Source: Ranitomeya imitator
Lineage: Eukaryota
DNA: 64,000 nucleotides
Direction: 5' to 3'
Assembly (NCBI RefSeq): GCF_032444005.1
Contig: NC_091282.1
Location: forward strand, 247,690,001 to 247,754,000
A model generated the notes under the pieces. The model was not told the origin of the DNA and did no database searches. It saw only the letters and a program-made list of their open reading frames with translations. Made by a program: the position numbers and the translations under genes. Shown here piece by piece: positions 1-12,397 of this stretch. Positions within the stretch are counted from its first letter, which is position 1. Every line of letters begins with the position of its first letter.

Positions 1-990
1 AATGCTGGAGACACTGGGGCAGATTGGAGGACACACTGGGGGCAATGATGGAGACAGTGAGGCAGATTGGAGGACACACTGGGGGGGCAATGCTGGAGGA
101 CACAGTGGGGCAGATGCTGGAGACAGTGGGGCAGATTGCTGGAGACAGTGGGGCAGATTGCTGGAGACAGTGAGGCAGATTGGAGGACACACTGGGGGGG
201 GCAATGCTGGAGACACTGGGGCAGATTGGAGGACACACTGGGGGCAGTGCTGGAGACAGTGGGGCAGACTGGAGGACACACTGGGGGGCAAAGCTGGAAA
301 CACTGGGGCAGATTGGAGGACACACTGGGGGCAATGCTGGAGACAGTGGGGCAGATTGCTGGAGGACACACTGGGGGGCAATGCTGGGGGACACACTGGG
401 GGCAATGCTGGAGACAGTGGGGCAGATTGCTGGAGACAGTGGGGCAGATTGCTGGAGACAGTGGGGCAGATTGCTGGAGACAGTGGGGCAGAATGCTGGA
501 GACAGTGAGGCAGATTGGAGGACACACTGGGGGCAATGCTGGAGACAGTGAGGCAGATTGGAGGACACACTGGGGGCAATGCTGGAGACAGTGGGGCAGA
601 TTGGAGGACACACTGGGGGCAGATTGCTGGAGACACTGGGGGCAGATTGCTGGAGACACTGGGGGCAGATTGCTGGAGACACTGGGGGCAGATTGCTGGA
701 GACACTGGGGCAGATTGCTGGAGACACTGGGGCAGATTGCTGGAGACACTGGGGCAGATGATTGCTGGACACACTGGGGCAATGCTGGATACACTGGGGC
801 AATGCTGGAGACACTGGGCCAGATTGCTGGACACACTGGTGGTAATATGCTGGACACACTGGGGCAGATTGCTGGACACACTGTCTGGGGGCAATATGCT
901 GGACATACTGGGGCAGATTGCTGGACACACTGGGGGTAATATGCTGGACACACTGGGGGTAATATGCTGGACACACTGGGGGCAGGACTG
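1..990. repeat. G-rich minisatellite (~20-25 bp units such as GCTGGAGACACTGGGGCAGATT)
   Basis: Dozens of degenerate tandem copies from the window start to ~990; the repetitive six-frame ORFs here are by-products. Confidence 0.95.
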
Positions 991-1464
991 GAGGCATGGG
1001 CAGAATGTAGACACGGGGCATGATTGGAGACATGGGGCAGGATGGATACAATAATAAAATAGACAATTGACATAACTGACAATGCGTTGTGTGACATGTC
1101 CAACATTCCAGCTTCTTTCTTCTGCGAATGCCTCAAAGCTGGCATTCTCTCAACATCAGGTGGGAAGAATGCCAGCTTCCAGTCATGCGCAGGAAAAAGA
1201 AGAAGCCAGACTGCTGGACTGATGTCATGCATCGCAAGCTCACAATGTAAGTTATTTATTTAATTTTTTACTGCTAATTACCATTGTTTCAGTCCAGTTG
1301 TGGCTTTATACAGCAGGGAGGAGCATTCCTTGCTGTACTAAGTGAACATTGGAGCGATTGATCTGTCAATGGCCCTTTAAACATATTGTACGGCTCTCGC
1401 GGAATTATATTTCAAAATATGTGGCGTTTACGGCTCTCTTAGCCAAAAAGGTTCCTGACCCCTG
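1..1464. mobile_element. Right end of a non-autonomous hAT(Charlie)-like DNA transposon containing the minisatellite
   Basis: Ends ...GGTTCCTGACCCCTG (1464; reverse complement of a CAGGGG-type hAT terminus) followed by GTCTAAAC, which fits the NTCTARAN Charlie target pattern. The left end lies outside the window. Confidence 0.55.
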
Positions 1465-2593
1465 GTCTAAACTGTGCATTCTAAGGTCCTACTTGCTGAG
1501 CATTTGGCTGTGATGGAAGAATCTGGCAGAGCAGAGATCCCATCAGAGCAACTCCAGGTCCTCCATAGAGGAAGCATGCACATGCTTCTCCTTTAGGATG
1601 AAGTTCCCCTTCTGAACAAAAAGTGTTTTTCACTCTGTATTTTAGGACAGAGGAGCCTTTACCGCATCTGTAGCATCACCTAATGAGGATGGCAGGAAAG
1701 AGTCTGGGAAGCTTAGGAGGTGTGCCATCTGCAGCAGTAAATTTCCTGAAACAATTGGGGAAACCGTTATGTGAAAACTGTATTTCTAAGATCATCAGGG
1801 AGGAGCAATCATCTTTTCTAACAGACATGAGATCCATGATTAGAGAAGTACAAGCGTCTATCTCCATTCTCCTTTCCCCGCATTCATCTCAGCCTGGTTC
1901 CCGTGTTAAAAGACCATAGTGGGAGATGGAGTTGAGTTCAGAGGAAGAAGTACACTCCATCGGATCAGTAAGAGGAAGAAGAGCGTGCCTCAGACCCTCT
2001 GGAAGAAGGGAAGAAATACTACTTCTCATTGGAAAATACAGATGCACTCCTTCGAGCAGTCCGGAATACCAATAAGGTAGAGGAAGCTCAGAAGTCTCAC
2101 TCTATCCAGGATGAGATGTTCGGGGGCCTAAGGTCCCATAGACATTGTCTTTCTGGTAAACAACCACATTCGCGCCATAATTATGGAAAAATGGGAGGAT
2201 GTGGGAAAAAAAAGACCTCGTGACTTTAGGCTATGTCTGCTCTTTGAGCCAGAAGATCTAAAATCCTGGGAGAAGATTCCGAAGATGGATGTCAGGGTGG
2301 CCAAGAAAACATCAATTCCGTTTGAAGATTCTTCGAGTGTTAAGGAGCCCATGGGTAGGAAGACAAACTGCCTTCTAAAAAGGATCTTGGAAAACTAATG
2401 TAGCTGACCCTTCAGTTGCCAGATCCATGCAGCTGTGGATCGACGATCTGCAAGAGCACTTAAAGGATAAGACTTCTAGGGAAGTTATTTTAAGATTCCT
2501 TCCCTTACCCAAATTAGCTACAGGATTCATGGCAGACACATGTGCGGAATCGGTCAGATTTGCTGCCAGAAATGGTGCCCTCTAAAATGCTGC

Positions 2594-5500
2594 CTGACTG
2601 GCTATTTGAAACCTTAAACTCCCTCCTGAAACCTAAAGTACAGGCCCCCATCACCAATCTCAGTGGTGAGGATCTGGCCACTTATTTCCTAGAAAAAATC
2701 AACCACATCCATCAGGATATCTCAGCCCAATCTCCTCAGTGCCTGGATCCCCTTCTCTGCCGCACCTCAAGCTCACTAGACATCTTTGAGCCTGTTTCAG
2801 AAGAAGAAGTTTCCAAGTTCCTCACTTCTGCTCGGCCTACAACCTGCAACAGTGACCCCATTCCTTGACATCTCCTGCAGTCTCTCTCACCAGTGGTCAC
2901 CACTCACCTGACTAAAATATTTAACCTCTCTCTCTTTCTTCAGGTATCTTTCCCTCCTCATTTAAACATGCCATCATAACCCCTTTACTTAAGAAGTCAT
3001 CCCTGGAGCAGAACTGCACTGCTAACTACAGACCTGCCTCTAACCTTTCCTTCATCTCTAAACTCCTGGAACGCTTGGTCCACTCCAGTCTAATTTGCTA
3101 TTTCTCGGATAACTCTCTTCTCGACCCCTTACAATCTCGTTTCTGCTCTTTTCACTCCACTGAAACTGCCCTCACTAAAGTCTCTAATGATCTAATAACA
3201 GCTAAATCCAAAGGTCATTGCTCTCTGCTGATTCTCCTGGATCTTTCTGCCGCATTTGACACTGTGGGTCACCAGCTCCTTCTCACTATGCTCTGCTCCA
3301 TAGACCTCAAGGACACAGCCCTCTCCTGGTTCTCCTCCTACCTCTCTGACCGCTCCTTCACTGTATCTTTTGCCAGCTCCTCTTCCTCTCCTCGTCCCCT
3401 TACTATCGGGGTTCCGCAGGGCTCAGTCCTGGGCCCCCTCCTCTTCTCTCTATACACGGCCCCTATTGGAGAAACATTCAGCAGATTTGGGTTCCAGTAT
3501 CATCTCTATGCTGATGACACCCAATTATACACTTCTTCCCCTGACATCACCCCTACCCTAATTCAAAATACCAAGGATTTATATAACCTTTTTCAAGAGA
3601 GTCAAACTCCAACATATGATTTTCCAACGTTTTTTTCAAGATGGGAGAGTGACTTGGGGATTTCTTTGTCTCAAGAGGAGAGGGACAAGATTTTATTGTT
3701 CACTTTTAGGACCTCGTTGTCTGCTGTATCACAGGAGAGGAGTTACAAGGTTCTGTCGAGGTGGTATAGATGCCCTTGCCAGGTTCATGCTATGTTCCCG
3801 GCGATTCCGGATATTTGTTGGAGATGTGCATCAGAAAAGGGACATATGTTCATATCTGGTGGGAATGCCCGCCTATAAAGAAACTTTGGATGTTAGTTTT
3901 TGATCTTCATAATAAATTATCCATCCGCAAAATACAGCCCACAGTGGAACTAGCCCTTTTATCTCTGTGTGACCTATCGATCTCTGGGTTTAAGAAGAGT
4001 CTTCTCAGACATTTTCTCACGGCTGTCAGGAACTTGATTCCTCGATATTGGAAGCAGGATCGCTACCCCTCATGCTCCGACTTTGTTGAGGAACTAAACA
4101 TATACAGAATGGAACAATTGATAAGCGAATCCACTGGGGATTCTGAGAAATGTTATAACATTTGGGCTCCATGGATTGTATTCAGGGAGACTCCAGAGCT
4201 GGACGTGTGGCTGTCTGGATCCTAATCCATATCTGAAACCGCTCTAGATACATTCATAAAGATGCTGCCCCTATACCCTAGCCTACTGTCATGGCTTAAA
4301 AACCAATGCCGGCAATATACTGATTTTCTCACCGCTACACGGGGACTGGGTCTGCCCGGGGGGGCGGGGGGGGTCGCATTCCCCGTACTTATCGTACCCT
4401 CTTATGTCTACCCACTTTTCTTTCTTTTTTCCTCCTCTTTTCCTTTCTTAACTTTTTCTCCTTCTATCTACTTTTTCTACTTTTTCTACTTAGTGACATT
4501 CTCTACTAAAATAAACGATTAAATATAGCTAGTAATGCTTGATTGCCTTCGCTGTTGTTTTATATGTTTCAACAATGAAAGTTATTATTGCTAAATTGAA
4601 AGTGATATCATTGGCATTGGCCAATAGCACCCAAAACTCGCTGGGACTTTCTCTTCCTGCCTAAATTATGGGTTGTATTCTATTGAGCTTAAAAACTATG
4701 TTTCAGCATTGTTCCATTGCTTGTATTATCTATTTGCTTCAATAAACTTGATTTATACAAAATACCAAGGATTGTCTGTCTGCTGTCTCTAACATCATGT
4801 CCTCCCTCTATCTGAAGCTAAATCTGTCCAAAACGGAACTTCTTGTGTTTCTCCCTTCTACTACATCACTCTACCCAACATCGAAATTACCCTGGAGGGT
4901 TCAACTATAACTCCCAAGCAGCATGCCCGCTGTTTTGGGGTCATATTCGACACCAACCTTTCCTTTACTCCCTATGTCCAATCACTCACTTGCTCTTGTC
5001 ACCTGCATCTTAAAAACCTCTCCAGAATCCGACCTTTTCTCCCCTTTGAAACTGCTAAGACTCTTACTGTTGCTCTTATTCATTCTCGTCTGGACTTGAT
5101 CGGTCTCCCTCTTACCAAACTTTCTCCTCTCCAATCCATCTTGAATGCGGCAACCAGGGTCATATTTCTGTCCAGCCGCTTCACCGATGCCTCCATCTTG
5201 TGCCAGTCATTACACTGGCTACCCATTCGCTACAGGGTCCAGTATAAACTCATCGCTCTCACCCACAAAGCTCTACACAGTTCTGCACCACCTTATATCT
5301 CCTCTCTCATCTCTGTCTATCGCCCTACACGTGCCCTCCGTTCTACAAATGACCGAAGACTAACATCCCCCGTAATCCGAACCTCGCACCTCCGTCTCCA
5401 AGACTTCTCACGTGCTGCGCCAGCTCTCTGGAATGCACTTCCCCAGACGATCAGACTGATACCTAGCCCCGACCTATTCAAGGGCGCTTTGAAAACCCAT

Positions 5501-5903
5501 CTCTTCAAACAAGACTACCACATCAACTACTCAGTAAACTAACTTTGCCCTGTTCCCTCCTTCCAAATATTATTCTGAATCTGCACCCTACTATTCATCT
5601 GTCTCCACACCCTCCATACACACGATAACTGCACTTGATACTTGACTATTGCACTTAAACACACGGGCTGATGACCGGATCATGCAGCTTTATATGAAAA
5701 TCCCTATTTATTATAATTGCCAGACCTGAAATAACAAGCACTTCTCACCTATTGTGTCCCCCCCATTTCATTGTAGATTGTAAGCTTGCGAGCAGGGACC
5801 TTACCCCTAATGTCACTGTTTAAATTGTCTTAACTTGTACTGAATTTATTGTCTGTACATGTCCCCGCTTAATTGTAAAGTGCTGCGGAATATGTTGGCG
5901 CTA

Positions 5904-5948
<45 letters not shown>
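2594..5948 (+). mobile_element. 5'-truncated L2/CR1-clade LINE inserted in DIRS-A gag
   Basis: ORF2 RT motifs ([42 protein letters not shown]), C-terminal LHWLPIRYRVQYK, 3' UTR and (ATT)n tail at ~5903-5948. Frameshifted. Confidence 0.92.
3580..4757 (+). mobile_element. 3' fragment of an L1/Tx1-clade LINE inserted in the L2
   Basis: L1 ORF2 cysteine-rich C-terminus (DICWRC...HIWWEC), AATAAA at 4741, and a 16-bp target-site duplication CAAAATACCAAGGATT at 3564-3579 and 4758-4773. Removal restores L2 IQNTKD/CLSAVS. Confidence 0.9.
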
Positions 5949-5973
<25 letters not shown>

Positions 5974-7801
5974 CTTGAAAATGTGGTGTGGGGGTAGTCG
6001 AAAAGAAGTTCTATTCTATCCCCTTCTCAAGATCTAGAGTATTCGGGCCCGTGCTAAATAAAATTCTAGAAAAGGCATCTGACACCAAAAAATGGTTTCC
6101 TGAGGAGAAGGCCAAGAGCTATCAGCCCTTTCATAGGTCCCGCCCCTCCCAGGGACTGGGTTATAAAGTGAAAGGGAATTCTTTTTCTTAGGGTCAGGTC
6201 TGGGAAGATAATGTGGCGGTATGCGTCGAAGGGCAGCTAAAGTTGTACATAGAAGGTTGGCTGGAAGTTTCCCAGGATCAGTGGGTTCTAAAAACTATAT
6301 CTTCTGGGTATATGATAGAATTCATCCCGTTTCCACCCGGTAGTTTTATCCTGATTCCCAGTCCCCTGCCGCCGTCTCCCATGAGGTCAGACATACAAGA
6401 TCTATTAAAAGCTGGAGCAATAATCCTATTTCTTCAGGGGGAATGATTCTAGGGTCACTACTCGAGCCTTTTCTCCATCAAAGAACCCTCATTTGCGTCC
6501 TGTACGATAATAAATTTAAAACCTCTAAATTGTTGAGTCAGATGCAAAAGGTTCGTGATGGAGTCAATCAAGTCAGGGATTCCCCTGATAGACAGAGATG
6601 CGGTAATGTGTACATCAGATTTAAAAAAAAAAAAATACTTATATTACCATGTCCCCATTCATCCTTTCTGTCAGAAATTTTTAAGATTCGCCATAAAATC
6701 TCGGGATCAGATTCATCACTTTCAGTTTCAATGTCTTCCATTTGGCCTAGCCTCAGCCCCTCAGGCATTCAGGAATATGGTAGCGGAAATAGTGGCTAAC
6801 ATAAGGAGAGTAGGTATCGCCATAATCCCCTATTTGGCCGATTTTTCTAATAACCAGATCCAGTTACGAACTTCTAGAACATCTTCAGATCTCGATATCT
6901 ACACTTCAGAAGCTAAGTTGGATAACAAATTGGAAAAAATCAGACCTAGTGCCAGGAACCAGGAAAAATTTCCTGGGAGTTCTTAGACTTCTGCCTAATG
7001 ACCTCATTTCTACCAGTAGAGAAACAGAGATCCGTAAAAGACAGGATTAATCTGTTCTCATGAAATCGTTATTACATCAGAGCGGCAATGAGATTCTTGG
7101 GGATTAATGACAGCCTGCATCCACTGGGTTGAATGAAGTCATTTCCATTCACGAGAACTCCAAAAGGCCATTTTATTAGCCTGGGACAGATGGCAGGGTA
7201 ACTTTGGACAACAAGATGCCCCTTCCCCTTGCTGTAAAAAGATCCTTGGTCTGGTGGACTTTTCCACAGAACCTTCAAGTAGGGATCCCATGGATCTCCT
7301 CTCCATGCGTGTTGGTTGCCACCAACGCAAGTCAGTTAGGATGGGGTGGTCGTCTGGAAGGGAAATTTCTTCAAGGGACCTGGTCTCCAAGTTCGGTCCG
7401 ATCTTCGATTTACAGGGAGCTTTGTGCTGTATGGGATGTTCTTCAACAGATCCAGTCTCTAGGCAAAAACGGGCATATAAAGGTTCTGTTGGACAATGTA
7501 ACAGTATCCTTTCTACACCATCAGGGGTGACCAAGACATCTGTTACTACAGGGTCTAGCTACAAAGATTTTCCTTTGGGTATAGAGAACAGTTCTGTCTG
7601 TTTTTCAGCAGTCCACTTAGAGGGGGCCCAAAACCAGTTGGTGTATTGCCTAAGCAGTCTTTCTGACCAGGTAATATCCACCATATAGGCAAGCAGGAAG
7701 CTGGTTACATCAGCCATATACAGTAAAATCTGGAAAAGATTTGGTTTAGAATGTGGGGAATCTACGGTGGATATTTCTGGTCCAAAAATTCCTAGAATTC
7801 T

Positions 7802-7835
<34 letters not shown>

Positions 7836-8271
7836 GCAGGGTTCAACAAAGGTTTAAGGCCAAGCACATGAACGGTTCAAATTTCAGTTTTAAGTGTCTT
7901 CTTTGACTTTACCCTAGCCTCTCACCCCTGGATAGCCAGATTTTCTAGGGCAGTCCAGAGTCTAAAACCCTTGGCGAGGAAATCCATTTCATTATGGGAT
8001 CTGAATTTAGTACTTTAATGCAAACATCCCTACGAGCCTGTGAGTGATGTGAATATCCGCAGACTTTCCTTTAAAACTGCTTTCTTGGTGGCAAGTGCAG
8101 AGTTGTCTAACAGAGATCCGCAAGTTCTGCAAGTTTATGATGACCGAATAGTCTTCAGATTTGATCCGGCCTTCCTTCCCAAGGTATTATCTACCCCAAA
8201 TATGAATCAGGAGGTGGCCTTGATCTCCTATTAGCATCTCAAGAACCAGAAAGAGCAGTTTTACTCGGACT

Positions 8272-8363
8272 CCCATGACAGCACGACGAGAGAGGGGATC
8301 CGCCCATTAGGAACAGGAAACCTACAGATACAAAAGGGCGGTACCTCTCCCTTGCCTCAGTTG
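8272..8363 (+). repeat. DIRS-C left inverted terminal repeat
   Basis: Exact reverse complement of 13674-13765 (92/92, checked base by base). Confidence 0.97.
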
Positions 8364-8946
8364 GTTTCCTGTTCCTGAGGGGACGGGTGCCTACAGAAGG
8401 AGCCCCGGCCGGCCGATTACGGTAGCGGGGGGGTCTCCTACCTCGGCCGGTGCGGAGATCCCTGGAGACGCCACGGTGGTCTTTGCTGGATTGCACGTCG
8501 GTGGCGTTCGCAGCAGGGAGCAGAGTCCGGAGGATTTCCTGCATCCATCAGCGTCGGCGCAGGTAAGTATTTCCCATTGGTGGCGCAGCGGTGCGGCGTG
8601 GCTGCGGGTGTCGGGCTCAGATGTGTGGAGTGAGCTCCGGAGCGCTGCCGCTCCGTCCCCGGCGTTCTGCACCGCTCTCAGCGCGTGCTGGAGCGTTTCC
8701 GGGTGCGGTGACGTGGAGGGGCGGAGTTTGGTAGCCGCTTCCGGGACGCCGGACGTCTGCGCATGCGCGGTCGGTCCAAGATGGCGGCGCCCATCGCATC
8801 TGGACGCCGGTTCGTCCGCCAGCCCTCCTGCCCTCCCTGCTGTGTCCGCAGCCAATAGGGATCGCGCTGGCCCATCTGCTGACCGGATCCAAGGGGGATT
8901 TAAGCGGGTTACAATGTTAGAACCCTGCTTTTGGTCGCAATTCGTC

Positions 8947-10496
8947 ATGGAGAGTGGTGGTGAGCAGCAGCAGCAGCAACGGTCAGACGAGGTGCGTCAG
9001 AAACCCAAGAAAGATGGAGGCGACCAGCCCAGTCGCAAAAGCTCATCCGAACAGGGATCCAGAGCTTCGACTAAGAAAGAACCCCCTCGGATTCCGGTAC
9101 TTGACTTTGGCGCACGGGTAAGTGAAATACGTGAAAGTTCACTCTGTGACGCGGGCCCCTTATACTTTATTTTCCAGGGGAAGAAGAGTACGGACAAGTC
9201 AAAACATAAGGAGTGTGCCCTCTGTGGAGTCCCCTTACCTGACTCTTGTTCGAAAAAGTTATGTGCCCCCTGTATACAACAGACGGTGAGGTCTACAGGA
9301 GTGGTTGGGTGGAAGTGACTTTAGGTCAGATAGTGGTTATCACCTATATTGTCCTCCCCTAGGTAGCAGAAGAGTCCGTGAGTACGGCAAACTTAAAAGA
9401 AATGATCCGGCTAGAAGTAAGGGAGTCATTACGATCCCTATCCCAAGCGGAAGGCTCGAAGCATAGGACCCCTCTGGACTCTAATTCGTCAGAAGAGGAA
9501 AGAGAAGAAAGTACCTATCTCTCTATTCCTTTCTCCTCTTCATCAGATGAGGAGTCTGGACGATTTTGTCTACCCTTGGATAAGATTGACAGGGTGGTCA
9601 AATCAGTTAGAGGCACGATGGGTATAGAGGAACCCAAATCACAGCCCTCAAAACAGGAGTTGATGTTTAGTGGATTAGATCGTAAAAAACATAGATCTTT
9701 TCCGGTAAATGAGAAGATCCAAGAATTGATCCTCCGAGAATGGAAAAAAACGGAAAAAAAGGGGGCCTTACCGCCAGCTTTAAAACGCAGGTATCCCTTT
9801 GATGATCTGGTTGTGGATACGTGGGATAAAGCCCCTAAGTTGGACGCGGCAGTAGCAAAAGCGTCAAAGAAAGCCTCATTACCCTTTGAGGATATGGGGT
9901 CCCTCAAAGATCCTCTAGACAGGAAGGCGGATATCTTCCTAAAAGGTACCTGGGAGATGGCGGCAGGATCCCTCAGACCAGCCGTGGCCGCAACATGCAC
10001 AGCCAGGTCATTAATGGTCTGGCTAGATCAATTAGAGTCTCAGCTTAAGGACGGTGCATCCAGAGATTCTATTCTGAAAGCGCTACCGACAATTCAGAAT
10101 GCTGCGGCGTTCCTATCGGACGCATCTGTGGACTCTGTCAGAATGGCGGCTAGGGCGGCAGGACTATCTAACGCGGCTCGCAGAGCCCTATGGTTAAAGT
10201 GCTGGTCAGGTGACATTCAGTCCAGAACTAAACTCTGCGCCATTCCGTGCGAGGGACAATATCTCTTTGGTCCAACGCTGGATGAATTGCTGGAAAAGGC
10301 AGGCGATGACAAAAAGAAGTTTCCCAGTCTGTACTCTGCATCCTACCGCCGACCCTTTAATCGAAGAAGGTTTGGTCGCGGGAAGAAACGCGGGTCCTCT
10401 CCCACTAGAGAAAGTTTCAGATGGGAAGACAGACCCGGTAGAGGTACGGGCTACATGTTTCGCCGTTCCTCAAAGGATCAGAAAAAACCGGAATGA
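8947..10496 (+). CDS. gag: DIRS-C Gag (ORF1), predicted spliced: exons 8947-9117, 9178-9285, 9363-10496 (~470 aa)
   Basis: Phase-0 GT-AG introns 9118-9177 (GTAAGT...TTTATTTTCCAG) and 9286-9362 (GTGAGG...TCCTCCCCTAG). Splicing joins the CALC...CAPC zinc finger to the 372-aa ORF at 9378. The splicing is predicted, not observed. Confidence 0.8.
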
Positions 10497-12397
10497 CTAG
10501 CGATCCCTGTGGAGGATAGACTGTCAGCATTCTCCTCAGCGTGGCTTGACATTACGAACAGTAAATGGGTCAGAGGCATTGTTACTAAAGGTCTAAGGCT
10601 GGACTTCAATCATTGGCCTCGAGAAAAATTCAAATTAACCCCTTTTCGTTCCTCCCCCCTGGAGCAAGCAGCTCTAGAAGCAGAAGTCATGAACTTATGC
10701 TCTAAAAACGTATTGGTGGAAATCCCAGAATCAGAAAGAGGAAGGGGATTTTATTCTCCTCTTTTTCTGATCAAAAAGCCAGATGGATCTTTTAGAACGA
10801 TCATAAATCTAAAATGTCTTAATGAGTTCCTGGTTAATGACTCCTTCAAAATGGAAACAATTAATTCAGCAATAAAAATGTTGTTTAATCGCTGTTTCAT
10901 GGTAGTTGTAGATCTTAAAGACGCATACTATCATGTTCCGATACATGAAGATTTCCAGAGGTTCCTGAGAGTAGCTGTGTCAATGGGGGGTCGCATTCGC
11001 CATTTCCAGTTCAGAGCTCTCCCCTTTGGCTTATCAGCGGCTCCTAGGGTGTTTACAAAACTAGTGGCCGAGGTCATGGCGCACTTACGAGAGTCCGACA
11101 TCCTGATCATTCCCTACTTGGATGATTTTCTTATAGTAGGGAGCTCAGCAGACCATTGCCTGTCCCAGCTAGAAACAGCCACATCCAAACTTGAGCGTCT
11201 GGGGTGGATCATAAATTATGAGAAATCTCGTTTACAGCCTCAAAAAATACAAAGATTCTTAGGACTGTTATTAAACTCAGAATCCCAACAGTGTTGCCTT
11301 CCACCCGACAAATTATTACATATCCAGCAACAGGTGTCTAAGGCAATTGACAAACCATCCATGACCCTTAGACAGGCTATGTCACTATTGGGTTCCTTAA
11401 CCTCTTGCATTCCCGCTGTCCGTTGGGCCCAATTCCACACCAGACCGTTACAATCTGAGGTGCTGGTTAATGATAGAATCTTACAGGGGTCCCTGCAGAG
11501 TCAGATTACCTTAGGTCCAAAAGCACTCACATCTCTTAGGTGGTGGCTAGTCAGTGAAAACTTATCGGCGGGAGTTCCCTGGGTGTCACAGGTAACACGT
11601 GTTGTAACAACAGATGCTAGCCCTTCGGGTTGGGGAGCACACATGGATGACATGATGGTTCAGGGTCTATGGCCCCCTCCCCTAACATCAGCCTCCTCCA
11701 ACCAGAAAGAGTTAATGGCAGTAGAGCTTTCAGTGAAAAAATTCCTCATATATCTGCAGGGTCATCATGTCAAGATCCTATCGGACAACCAGGTGGCGGT
11801 CACATACATAAATCATCAGGGTGGAACTCATTCCGAGTCACTGATGAGAGTGGCGGAATGTCTGTTCCAGACAGCGGAAAATCACTTCTTATCCCTAACC
11901 GCTCTACACATAAGAGGAGAAAAAAAAAAAACGTCAAAGCGGACTTTCTAAGCCGCAACACCTTGAGGCAAGGGGAGTGGTCCCTAAACAATTGCGTGTT
12001 CGATCAGATTGTCCACAGATGGGGACATCCAGAAGTAGATTTATTTGCTACCAGGGACAACCGGAAGACAACAAAATTCTGTTCCCTAAATCCCAGGGAG
12101 AATCCTCTGGCGGTAGACGCTTTTCTGATCAATTGGGATTTTCAGCTGGTGTATGCATTTCCTCCACTAGGCCTGTTACCCTTAGTAGTCAGGAAGATAA
12201 GAGAAGATCGAGCCAGAGTTATATTGATTGCCCCATTCTGGCCCAGAATGGCCTGGTTCACTTGGCTCAGGATCATGTCAGTGGAGGATCCCTGGGTGCT
12301 TCCGGAGATTCCGGATTTGCTCTACCAGGGTCCGATCAGTCATCCGCAAGTAAAGAACCTTCATTTAACGGCATGGATTTTGAAAGGGCGTTACTGA
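10497..12397 (+). pseudogene. pol: DIRS-C ORF2: reverse transcriptase, RNase H and DAM-methylase-like domain, with one frameshift
   Basis: DLKDAYYH, FRALPFGL, YLDDFL (RT); TTDASPSGWGAH, ELMAV, SDNQVAV (RNase H); DLFA...YAFPP (MT-like). Frameshift in an A12 run at 11920-11931. Confidence 0.92.

Noticed and set aside
2-1054. Long ORFs (up to 290 aa) in all three + frames
   Set aside because: They translate a stop-poor minisatellite; repetitive peptides and no splice or gene context.
8391-8948. 185-aa and 91-aa - strand ORFs, and the upstream half of the 280-aa + ORF
   Set aside because: GC-rich DIRS leader with few stops; no recognisable domain and not preserved in DIRS-D. The gag start was placed at ATG 8947.
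10493-10519. ATG overlapping the gag stop as a pol start codon
   Set aside because: It is out of frame with pol and closes after 8 codons (TAG), so it cannot initiate RT directly.
11915-11935. Programmed ribosomal frameshift at the A12 run in DIRS-C pol
   Set aside because: DIRS-E reads through this position in frame without an A-run, so slippage mutation or a sequencing homopolymer error is the simpler explanation.
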